Notes under the pieces: model-generated
What the model was told of the DNA's origin: nothing
The model's database searches: none
Seen by the model: only the letters and a program-made list of their open reading frames with translations
Origin: Candidatus Brennerbacteria bacterium
GTDB taxonomy: Bacteria; Patescibacteriota; Minisyncoccia; UBA6257; GWB1-50-10
Length of the DNA stretch: 64,000 bases
Direction of reading: 5' to 3'
Assembly (NCBI GenBank): GCA_043799565.1
Contig: JAZDNP010000015.1
Span: 12,557 to 76,556, forward strand
Shown here: piece after piece, positions 27,949 to 35,752 of the stretch
Layout of the letters: every line of letters begins with the position of its first letter
Position numbering within the stretch: position 1 is the first letter of the stretch
Program-made: the position numbers and the translations under genes

Positions 27949-29681
27949 CCTCCAAAACCCCCACATTTAATGTGGCACTAAATGCGATTTTTGATACGCT
28001 CGTCCCGCACGAACGAACGTGTGCGTGGTGCGGAGAGAAATTCCAGGTGGAGAAGGAGGACATTGATTTCTACCGGATGCTCCGTGTACCTCCACCAACG
28101 TGGTGCCCGGAGTGCCGTGAAAAGAGGCGATTCGGACACTTGATGAGGATGATGAAGTTTTTCAAACGACCGTGTAGCGCGCCAGGTCACAGTGAAAACG
28201 TTATTTCCGTCATTCCACCCGCGGCGCCACATAAAACTTTTGATTTTTCGTATTGGCATTCGGACGCGTGGGATGCGGCAACGTTTGGATGCGCATATGA
28301 CGTTGCGAAACCATTCGGGGAGCAATTCCGTGCTCTATTCCTTGATGTGCCACATGTTCCATTGGAACGAGATCCTGCGGCGGTAAATTCGGACTACGCG
28401 GTGGGTGGAACTGCATCAAAAAACGTTTACTTTTCGGGGATGGCGCTTGATTGCGAGAACATTTTTTATTCCTACGATAGCCGTTACAGCCACGACCTCG
28501 TGGATTGCAATGAAGTAAGCAATTCCGGGAACTGCTATGGCGCGATTTGTTCCGCGTACAGCGAGCGATGCCGTTTTATTATCGGGTGTTCCCATTGTCT
28601 AGACTGCGATTTCCTCTATGAATGCAAGCATTGTTCGCATTGTTTTATGTCGGCGAACTTGAGAAACAAGTCCTACATGTTCCGCAATGAGCAACTCTCA
28701 AAAGAGGAATACGAGGAGCGAATGCGCGAAATTAGGACAGGCGAGCGGATCCAAATAGAGGCACTTCATAAAGAGTTTGAGGACGTTATGGCGCGTTCGT
28801 TGAGGCGCGCGGTTCAGACGGTGCACACCACAGATTCCGTGGGGGACAGTTTGAGCGAATGCAACCGATGTTTCTTTGCCTTCAGATCGGAAAAAGTCGA
28901 AAACGCGCGGTATGTAGCGAACGTTTTTTCCGCGCATGACCTTATGGACACATTGAACAACATACAAACAGAGCAGTCGTACGAAAACATTGTTATCGGA
29001 TGGGGGAGCAAGAATTATTTTTCAATGTACCTCCGCCACTCGTCATCCATGGAGTATTGTTCCGAGTGCCTCCGTTGTGCCGATTGTTTCGGATGCGTTG
29101 GGCTCAAAGATAAGAAATTTCACATTTTTAACGTGCCGCATCCTGAAGATGAATATTGGCGGCGCGTGGATGAGCTGAAGACCGCAATGCTTGCGCGCGG
29201 CGAATATGGAGAATTTTTCCCGCTCACGCTCGGTCTTTTTCCGTACCAAACGTCAAATGCGCAGAAAGAATTTCCTATCACTGAAAAGGAGGCGCAACAG
29301 CGGGAAATCCCCTGGTACGCCGAATCCTCGTCCGATATTTCCACAAACCTACGGGTCCGCAAAGCGCCCGCCGAGGTCCCCAAAGACATTAAGGATGTTA
29401 CCGATGGGATTCTCAATGATGCCATTGCATGCGAGGTAAGCGGCAAGCCATTTCGCATCACAAAAGACGAGCTCGCGTTCTACCGTAAAATGGAACTTCC
29501 GCTCCCCACAAAACATCCTTGGGAACGAATGCGGGAGCGGGGACGATGGGAACATGGATTTTGGCTCTCGCCTTTCATGTGTCCAAAATGCAAGGAACAG
29601 TCCTGGTCGGTGTATAACAAGGAAGAGCAGCGGCGCTTCGAGATCTATTGCGAATCGTGTTATCTCAAGGAGGTGATATAA
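27945..29681 (+). CDS. Cys-rich zinc-ribbon repeat protein, array copy 9 (divergent, N-terminal extension)
   Basis: Starts MTSKTPTF at the ATGA overlap and ends IYCESCYLKEVI. Confidence 0.9.
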   Translation: MTSKTPTFNVALNAIFDTLVPHERTCAWCGEKFQVEKEDIDFYRMLRVPPPTWCPECREKRRFGHLMRMMKFFKRPCSAPGHSENVISVIPPAAPHKTFDFSYWHSDAWDAATFGCAYDVAKPFGEQFRALFLDVPHVPLERDPAAVNSDYAVGGTASKNVYFSGMALDCENIFYSYDSRYSHDLVDCNEVSNSGNCYGAICSAYSERCRFIIGCSHCLDCDFLYECKHCSHCFMSANLRNKSYMFRNEQLSKEEYEERMREIRTGERIQIEALHKEFEDVMARSLRRAVQTVHTTDSVGDSLSECNRCFFAFRSEKVENARYVANVFSAHDLMDTLNNIQTEQSYENIVIGWGSKNYFSMYLRHSSSMEYCSECLRCADCFGCVGLKDKKFHIFNVPHPEDEYWRRVDELKTAMLARGEYGEFFPLTLGLFPYQTSNAQKEFPITEKEAQQREIPWYAESSSDISTNLRVRKAPAEVPKDIKDVTDGILNDAIACEVSGKPFRITKDELAFYRKMELPLPTKHPWERMRERGRWEHGFWLSPFMCPKCKEQSWSVYNKEEQRRFEIYCESCYLKEVI

Positions 29682-29682
29682 T
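29674..29682 (+). promoter_or_regulatory. Extended -10 promoter overlapping the copy 9 stop codon
   Basis: TGaTATAAT, with ATG 29690 7 nt downstream. Confidence 0.65.
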
Positions 29683-29689
29683 TGTGCCG

Positions 29690-31057
29690 ATGGCCGAGCA
29701 GAAAAAACCAGGGCGGAGGGTGTCCGATATCGTTCGCCGTAAGGTGAACGTTTCACCGCCGAAACGTGCCGTAAAGAAAGAAGCGGAAGCACCGGAACCG
29801 GTTAAGGAAGAGATGCAGGTGTTTTTTGCTCCCCAAATCCGTGAGATGAGGATAGATGAAGGGCCGCCGCCGAAAGAGGAGGAAGAAATCTCAAAACAGT
29901 TTGTTCGACGCAAACACTCACGGCGAGGCCTCCGTGTGGGAGCGATTGTAATCACGGTGATTATCCTTCTAGGCGCGGGCGCATGGTTTTTGCTTCCGAA
30001 GGCGGTGGTGACGCTTACCATGAAGAAATCTCTGGTCACGCTATCTGAAACGGTGGTGGTTGCCGCGGACATTTTGCTCCACAACGTTCCTTCTGCGGTG
30101 ATGGTGCCCGGCGAAGCATTGGAGGCGAGGGCGAATCTCACGCTCCCTTTCACCGCACAGAATACCGAGACGGTCTCCGCGCGCGCGACCGGCGTTCTTA
30201 CTGTCTACAACTCATACAGTTCCGCACCCCAATCGCTTGTTACGAATACGCGCTTTGAATCACCGGACAAAAAAATATTTCGGCTTACGCGGCAGGTGAT
30301 CGTACCGGGCGCAAAGGTGGAGAACGGCAAAGTAACACCGTCGTCCATTGAGGTGTCGGTAACGGCCGATGAGGCGGGTGAAACCTACAATCTTCCCGCG
30401 TCTTCCGGATGGCGCATCCCGGGATTTGCGGGTAGGCCGCAGTATGAAGGATTCTATGCGGAGGCGAAGCAGGGAATGAAGGGAGGATTTATCGGGGAGC
30501 GCGCGAAACCTTCTGCGGCGGAACTCGCGAATGCGCGTGCGAAACTTCTAGATGGTCTTACCGACGCGCTTCAGGGCCAATTCCTTATCATCCTCTCCGA
30601 CCGCTTCACGGCGCTTCCCGGGAGCAGACGCGTGACACTGGTGGCGGAAGATGTGTCACCAGATGCCGAAGATACTCACACTTTCCATCTTTTCGGCGAG
30701 GCGGTAATGAAGCAAATTGTGTTTGAGGAGCCAACCTTGAAAGACGCTCTTATCGCGAAGGCAAGCGCCTCGCTTCCTAAAGAACTCGCGGTGAAAGAAT
30801 TCTCCTACACGCTCGGCACGAGCACGGTGGATTTCACAAAGAACACGCTCTCAATTCCCGTAACGGGCGAGGGAATATTTACGGAGATATTCGATGCGGA
30901 CGCATTCCGCGCGGAAATGGCGGGGAAGCGCGAGGAAGAATTGAAAGCCGCGGTATTCGCCATTCCCGGTGTAGAAACCGCTACCGTATCGCTCTCGCCG
31001 TTTTTCGTGCGCTCCGTACCCACGGACGTGGATAAAATTGAAGTGATTGTGGAGTAG
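29690..31057 (+). CDS. Single-TM protein with baseplate-J-like extracytoplasmic domain
   Basis: Charged N-terminus, one TM helix, then ATG.LTVYN...QSLV.NTRF..PD..IFR, V.A.EAGE.YN and M.GG motifs. Family assignment is from recall, not a search. Confidence 0.6.
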   Translation: MAEQKKPGRRVSDIVRRKVNVSPPKRAVKKEAEAPEPVKEEMQVFFAPQIREMRIDEGPPPKEEEEISKQFVRRKHSRRGLRVGAIVITVIILLGAGAWFLLPKAVVTLTMKKSLVTLSETVVVAADILLHNVPSAVMVPGEALEARANLTLPFTAQNTETVSARATGVLTVYNSYSSAPQSLVTNTRFESPDKKIFRLTRQVIVPGAKVENGKVTPSSIEVSVTADEAGETYNLPASSGWRIPGFAGRPQYEGFYAEAKQGMKGGFIGERAKPSAAELANARAKLLDGLTDALQGQFLIILSDRFTALPGSRRVTLVAEDVSPDAEDTHTFHLFGEAVMKQIVFEEPTLKDALIAKASASLPKELAVKEFSYTLGTSTVDFTKNTLSIPVTGEGIFTEIFDADAFRAEMAGKREEELKAAVFAIPGVETATVSLSPFFVRSVPTDVDKIEVIVE

Positions 31058-31059
31058 CA

Positions 31060-31225
31060 AAGATTCTCCACCTCGCTCAAAATTCTCCGCGCGCTGAAAT
31101 TCTCCTCGTTCACTCGCTCCTCGGCACCCTTGCTCGCCCTTACGGGCGGGGGTCCTGCCTCGGGACGCGGTTTGCTCGGGAATTTTCACGCGCCCTCCGA
31201 ACACATTCGCTCGTTGGGGAATCTT
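31060..31225. repeat. 166-bp nested inverted-repeat element (REP/MITE-like)
   Basis: Ends AAGATTCTCCA / TGGGGAATCTT, inner arms GCGCGCTGAAATTCTCC / GGGAATTTTCACGCGC, central CGCCC-TTAC-GGGCG. Confidence 0.6.
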
Positions 31226-31242
31226 CTTATGCTTTTGTAGGT

Positions 31243-31274
31243 AAAAAAAACGGCAGGCTCCGAGGAACCTGCCG
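31243..31274 (-). terminator. Rho-independent terminator of the minus-strand gene
   Basis: CGGCAGG/CCTGCCG stem followed by T8 on the minus strand. Confidence 0.75.
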
Positions 31275-31317
31275 GTAAGATGAAGCCTTTCCTTGTACCT
31301 TGAAGCGGCCGTGGGTG

Positions 31318-31785
31318 TTAGCAGAACGTCGTCGAGAAGTGACTGCCGTTTCGTGCTGTTGCCCTCGTGAGATCTCCGGTCGTCGCGTCATTGGCCATCG
31401 CGAAGTTGGAATCGACTCCGAACGTGGTGTCGCATTCCCGCTGTTCGACGTTCTTCGCGGTCGGGCTGGCGCGGGTCGTGTACGCGTAGTCGTAGGTTGT
31501 CAAAGCGCTCGAGGTGAGGTCCATTTGCCGGATACTCATCGCATCGTACGCTTCGATCGGTGCGGCGCGTGCCACGGGTTCTCCGATGGCGGTCTCCTCG
31601 ATCAGGTCGACGGCGACATACTCCGAGTACTCCATACCGATCTGTATGGGAGCGGCGCGACTCGTTGCCGGCGCTTCGTCGTGCGCACGGGCCACGGATA
31701 TCGCAGGGATCACGGCGAGCATTCCGATGACGAGCACAATGGCCGTAATCGGAGCCCGAATGAGAGCTCTCATGAGGGTCCTCAT
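31318..31785 (-). CDS. Hypothetical secreted protein
   Basis: AGGAGG SD, signal-peptide-like N-terminus (..VARA-H), and its own terminator. Confidence 0.7.
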   Translation of the reverse strand: MRTLMRALIRAPITAIVLVIGMLAVIPAISVARAHDEAPATSRAAPIQIGMEYSEYVAVDLIEETAIGEPVARAAPIEAYDAMSIRQMDLTSSALTTYDYAYTTRASPTAKNVEQRECDTTFGVDSNFAMANDATTGDLTRATARNGSHFSTTFC

Positions 31786-31922
31786 AGTGCCTCCTGGAGT
31801 TGGTGGTGGTGAAAGGGAAGGTGGTTTGAAAGGTGCATCATGCCCCGGCAGACCTATCTACTCTTGGGACAATAGACAGATAGTACCATATCCTTTCTCA
31901 ATATCAAGAAAGCCCGCTCATA

Positions 31923-31951
31923 TTGACACTTTTCCGCTATTTCCTTATATT
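31923..31951 (+). promoter_or_regulatory. Sigma70 promoter of the infA-alpha operon
   Basis: TTGACA-17-TATATT. Confidence 0.75.
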
Positions 31952-31972
31952 TGAACGGCACATACCGAGTGA

Positions 31973-32194
31973 ATGGCCGAAGAATCACGAACGATACGGT
32001 TAGAGGGGATCGTGGAGGAATCACTCCCGGGGCTTACGTTTCGCGTAACGCTTAAGGAGAAGGGGACGAGCGTCCTCGCACACCTCGGCGGTAAGATGAA
32101 AATAAACCGTATCCGTGTGATACCGGGCGACACGGTGGTGGTTGAGATGAGTCCTTATGATCTTACGAGGGGACGCATCGTGCGGAGACAATAA
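31973..32194 (+). CDS. infA: Translation initiation factor IF-1
   Basis: [31 protein letters not shown]. Confidence 0.97.
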   Translation: MAEESRTIRLEGIVEESLPGLTFRVTLKEKGTSVLAHLGGKMKINRIRVIPGDTVVVEMSPYDLTRGRIVRRQ

Positions 32195-32210
32195 ATGGCT
32201 TTTTTTGTTT

Positions 32211-32324
32211 ATGAAAGTTCGCGCATCGGTAAAAAAGATATGCATGAAATGCAAAGTCGTCCGCCGCAAGGGTCGGGTGTACGTGATTTGCACGAACAAG
32301 AAACATAAGCAACGCCAAGGCTAA
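32211..32324 (+). CDS. rpmJ: 50S ribosomal protein L36
   Basis: Hand translation [37 protein letters not shown], below the ORF-track cutoff. Confidence 0.97.
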   Translation: MKVRASVKKICMKCKVVRRKGRVYVICTNKKHKQRQG

Positions 32325-32330
32325 CAATAT

Positions 32331-32714
32331 ATGCGCGTAGCAGGAGTCAACATTCCAGACGAAAAAAAGATACCGATAGCGCTTACCTATCTCTATGGGA
32401 TTGGTCGCGCGCGCGCAGAGGAAATAGTGACGGCGGCGAAGGTAGATTCGAAAAAGCGCGCGAAAGAGCTTTCACTTGAAGAAGTGAACCGTATTCAGTC
32501 CGCGATAGAGAAGACGACGAAAATAGAAGGAGAGCTCCGGCAGGTGGTGAAGCAAAACATCGCGCGCCTCAAAGACATCAAGGCATACCGTGGTGTGCGG
32601 CATCTCCGCAAACTTCCGGTACGTGGCCAGCGCACCAAAACGAACTCGCGCACGGTGCGGGGGAACGTGAGAAAGACCGCAGGAAGCGGCAAGCGCAAGG
32701 TTGAACTCAAATAA
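32331..32714 (+). CDS. rpsM: 30S ribosomal protein S13
   Basis: IALTYLYGIG, YRGVRH..LPVRGQRTKTNSRT. Confidence 0.97.
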   Translation: MRVAGVNIPDEKKIPIALTYLYGIGRARAEEIVTAAKVDSKKRAKELSLEEVNRIQSAIEKTTKIEGELRQVVKQNIARLKDIKAYRGVRHLRKLPVRGQRTKTNSRTVRGNVRKTAGSGKRKVELK

Positions 32715-32715
32715 T

Positions 32716-33168
32716 ATGGGAAAGAAAAAAGTTGCGGCAAAAAGTGAAGCGGAGCTCGTGAAAGAGTCCGAGACGGTGGAAGCCACGGCGGCGAAAGAGG
32801 TAAGTAAAGCCGTTTCCACGCGTCTTTCGCATGGCCGCATCTACGTAAATGCTTCCTATAACAACACCATGATAACCGTGACCAACGACCAGGGCGACGT
32901 GGTTACGTGGATGTCTTCCGGCTCCATCGGATTTTCGGGTCCCAAAAAGGCAACCCCCTTCGCTGCCTCAAAGGTTGCGGAAGCGATCGCAGAGAAGGTG
33001 AAGAAGTCGGGCCCGGTGAATGTGGAGATTTTTGTGCGGGGAATCGGGAAAGGCAGGGATTCCGCGATCCGTACGCTCGCCGCAAAAGGATTCACTGTGG
33101 AGGGAGTGAAAGACATTACGCCAGTGCCGCACAACGGTCCGCGCCCGAGGAAGACGCGCCGCGTTTAA
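32716..33168 (+). CDS. rpsK: 30S ribosomal protein S11
   Basis: ASYNNT.IT, KKATPFAA, DITPVPHNG.RP.K.RRV. Confidence 0.97.
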   Translation: MGKKKVAAKSEAELVKESETVEATAAKEVSKAVSTRLSHGRIYVNASYNNTMITVTNDQGDVVTWMSSGSIGFSGPKKATPFAASKVAEAIAEKVKKSGPVNVEIFVRGIGKGRDSAIRTLAAKGFTVEGVKDITPVPHNGPRPRKTRRV

Positions 33169-33178
33169 TTTCAATACT

Positions 33179-33781
33179 ATGGCAGTCATACACGCAAAAG
33201 AAAAAAGGGAGAGGTCGCTCGGAGTAAAACTTTTCTTGAAGGGCGATCGTTGTAATTCTCCGAAATGCGCAACGGTACGTCGGCCGGAACGGCCCGGGCA
33301 ACACAAAGATGCGCGCCGTAACCTCTCGGAATACGGAAAGCAGTTGCAGGAGAAACAACGCATCCGAATATATTTTGGAATCACCAATCAGCAAATGGAA
33401 AAAATCTTCAGCGGTTCTCCCGTGGAAATCGCGAACCGGCTTGAAGGAAGGTTGGACCACACCGTGTTTGCGCTCGGAATTGCAAAATCTCCCCGCATCG
33501 GGCGTCAGCTCGTGTCGCATGGTCACATTGTCGTGAATGGTCGGAAGGTCAGCGCTTCATCCTATCAAGTGAGGGTAGGGGACGTGGTGGGCATCCGCCC
33601 GGAATCGCGCGGGTACAAACTCTTTGAGGAACTTGCGGAGAGGCTCAAGGAATACACGCCCCCCGGATGGCTTACGCTCGATATAGAAAAAAAAGAGGGA
33701 AAATGCGTGAAACTTCCGAGTCAGGATGACCACATGTTCCCGTTCGAAATAGCCCTCGCGAGCCAGTTCTACGCCAGATAA
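33179..33781 (+). CDS. rpsD: 30S ribosomal protein S4
   Basis: SEYGKQLQEKQ, LE.RLD, RQLVSHGH..VNG. Confidence 0.97.
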   Translation: MAVIHAKEKRERSLGVKLFLKGDRCNSPKCATVRRPERPGQHKDARRNLSEYGKQLQEKQRIRIYFGITNQQMEKIFSGSPVEIANRLEGRLDHTVFALGIAKSPRIGRQLVSHGHIVVNGRKVSASSYQVRVGDVVGIRPESRGYKLFEELAERLKEYTPPGWLTLDIEKKEGKCVKLPSQDDHMFPFEIALASQFYAR

Positions 33782-33824
33782 CCATTGCCACTCGAAGCAT
33801 TTTAGGTTACGATAAAAACCGCCC

Positions 33825-34589
33825 ATGAAATACTCACACCTCAGCGAAACCGTTTCTATAAAGACCATTTCCGAAAAAGGGAATATGGGAGTGTTCCACA
33901 TTGAGGGCCTCTACACGGGGTATGGACACACGGTAGGCACCGCGTTCCGCAGGGCGCTCCTCTCCTCGCTTCCCGGAGCCGCCATCACACAAATAAAAGT
34001 GAAGGGAGTGGATCACGAGTTTTCAACCGTTCCGGGAATGATGGAGGACGTGGTGGAATTTACACTGAACCTGAAGAAGGTTCGCTTTCATTTTTTTGCG
34101 GACGAGCCGCAGGTACTGACATTGAAAGTAAAAGGAGAACGGGAGGTCACTGCGGCGGACATTGAAACAACGACGCTCGCAAAAGTGGTGAATCCCTCGC
34201 TCCACCTCTCAACGCTTACTAAGAAAACAGCAGAGTTGGATATGGAGATCACCGTGGAGAAGGGTTTGGGATATGTGCCGGCAGAGGCGCGCCGTTTGGA
34301 GCGGCTCCCGGTGGGAACCGTGGTCTTAGACGCCATCTTTTCGCCCGTGGTGCGCGTGTCGGCGACCGTGGAGAGCATGCGTGTCGGCGACCGCACCGAC
34401 TTCAACCGTCTCATCCTCGAGATAGAGACCGATGGATCCATTTCTCCTTCCGAGGCGCTCCATAAAGCGGGGAACATTTTGAAGGACCATTTTGAAAAAA
34501 TAGCCGCAGTCGAGGTGAAACCGCTCGCCGAAGCTCCCGAAGAGGGAAAGCGTGAAGGGACGAAGCGGAAGAAGTCCGCGAAGGAATAA
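33825..34589 (+). CDS. rpoA: RNA polymerase alpha subunit (no alpha-CTD)
   Basis: GYGHT.G...RR.LLSS.PGAAI, HEFST, KG.GY, DAIFSPV. 254 aa. Confidence 0.95.
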   Translation: MKYSHLSETVSIKTISEKGNMGVFHIEGLYTGYGHTVGTAFRRALLSSLPGAAITQIKVKGVDHEFSTVPGMMEDVVEFTLNLKKVRFHFFADEPQVLTLKVKGEREVTAADIETTTLAKVVNPSLHLSTLTKKTAELDMEITVEKGLGYVPAEARRLERLPVGTVVLDAIFSPVVRVSATVESMRVGDRTDFNRLILEIETDGSISPSEALHKAGNILKDHFEKIAAVEVKPLAEAPEEGKREGTKRKKSAKE

Positions 34590-34590
34590 C

Positions 34591-34941
34591 GTGCGGCACG
34601 CAAATAAGGGAAGGAAATTCGGCCGTGAGCGCGGACAGCGCAAAGCATTCCTCCGTAATCTTGCGGGGCAGCTCATCACTCGTGAGCGCATTACCACCAC
34701 CGAAGCGCGCGCAAAGGAGCTTCGCATGGTGGTTGAACGGTTTGTGACATACGGAAAGAAACAGAACGTGGCATCGCTCCGCAAACTCATCGAAAAACTT
34801 CCGAAGGCAGCAGCGTACAAGGCATATCACGAGCTTGGAGTCCGATACGCATCGCGTGCGGGCGGATACACACGCGTGATAAAAAGTGCGCGTGCAAGAA
34901 AGAGCGACGGTGCAAGAATGGCCGTCATAGAATTCGTATAA
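34591..34941 (+). CDS. rplQ: 50S ribosomal protein L17
   Basis: GTG start, RHANKGRKFGR, ITTTEARAKE, GGYTR. Confidence 0.95.
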   Translation: MRHANKGRKFGRERGQRKAFLRNLAGQLITRERITTTEARAKELRMVVERFVTYGKKQNVASLRKLIEKLPKAAAYKAYHELGVRYASRAGGYTRVIKSARARKSDGARMAVIEFV

Positions 34942-34943
34942 CC

Positions 34944-35285
34944 ATGGAACACACCATTGACGCAAAAGGGAAGAGGCTTGGGCGGATAGCGTCCGAAATC
35001 GCGGGCATTCTCCAAGGGAAGCATTCCACCTCATACGAGCCACGCGTGGAAGGGAGCGACCATGTGGTGGTAACAAATGTAAAGGCACTTGCACTCTCTG
35101 AGCGGAAACTCATAGGGAAGTTCTACTATCGCCACACCGGCCCTCTGGGGCACCTTAAAGTGCGTTCCATGAAGGACGTGTTTGCAAAGAATCCCGCATG
35201 GGTTTTGCGGAATGCGGTGCGTCTTATGCTTCCGAAAAACAAATTGCTTGCCCGCAGAATGAAGCGGCTCACCGTCAGCAAATAA
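34944..35285 (+). CDS. rplM: 50S ribosomal protein L13 (short)
   Basis: IDA.GK.LGR.AS, GKH, YYRHTG, AVR.MLPKN. Confidence 0.95.
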   Translation: MEHTIDAKGKRLGRIASEIAGILQGKHSTSYEPRVEGSDHVVVTNVKALALSERKLIGKFYYRHTGPLGHLKVRSMKDVFAKNPAWVLRNAVRLMLPKNKLLARRMKRLTVSK

Positions 35286-35288
35286 TTT

Positions 35289-35723
35289 ATGACCAAAGTT
35301 ACAGCAAAAAAGCCGCAACCGGCGAAAAGGGAAGAGCGCTACGTATCCGCGGTGGGGCGCCGCAAGACCGCGGTAGCCACCGCCAAACTTACCGTAGGCG
35401 GCAAGGGCATCGTAGTTATAGTGAATGATCGTGAACTCAAAAAGTATTTTCCCTTGAAGAAACTTCAGACAACGGTAACCGCGCCTTTCGTGGCGTCCTC
35501 CATGAATGATTGCGCGGTTTATGTACGCGCGCACGGAGGCGGCATACGTGCACAAGCGGAAGCGGTACGGCTCGCGATTGCCCGTGCACTCGTGACCATT
35601 GATGCCGCGAACCGCCCCCGCCTCAAAACGCTCGGATTTTTGAAGCGCGATCCGCGCATGGTGGAACGTAAGAAACCAGGACTTCGGAAAGCACGCCGGC
35701 CGCAACAGTGGAGAAAGCGTTAG
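35289..35723 (+). CDS. rpsI: 30S ribosomal protein S9
   Basis: GRRKTA.A, GGG...QA.A.R, RDPRMVERKKPG..KAR...Q..KR. Confidence 0.97.
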   Translation: MTKVTAKKPQPAKREERYVSAVGRRKTAVATAKLTVGGKGIVVIVNDRELKKYFPLKKLQTTVTAPFVASSMNDCAVYVRAHGGGIRAQAEAVRLAIARALVTIDAANRPRLKTLGFLKRDPRMVERKKPGLRKARRPQQWRKR

Positions 35724-35752
35724 CATAAACCCCGCCATCGGCGGGGTTTATG
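35724..35752. terminator. Bidirectional terminator between convergent genes
   Basis: CATAAACCCCGCC-ATC-GGCGGGGTTTATG, a perfect 13-bp stem. Confidence 0.8.

Noticed and set aside
14150-29681. Array as a diversity-generating retroelement or integron
   Set aside because: No reverse transcriptase, no template/variable repeat pair with adenine-specific mismatches, no integrase, and no intergenic space for attC sites in the window.
14150-29681. Array as an assembly artefact
   Set aside because: The copies are highly divergent, each is intact, and identical DNA is limited to short blocks.
29668-29686. AAGGAGGTG as an SD for GTG 29684, or C-terminal EV codons as built-in SDs
   Set aside because: Not consistent across array junctions. 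The extended -10 with ATG 29690 fits the window-wide pattern better, though GTG is not excluded.
29690-31057. Prophage
   Set aside because: No other phage genes nearby, and the protein is TM-anchored among host genes.
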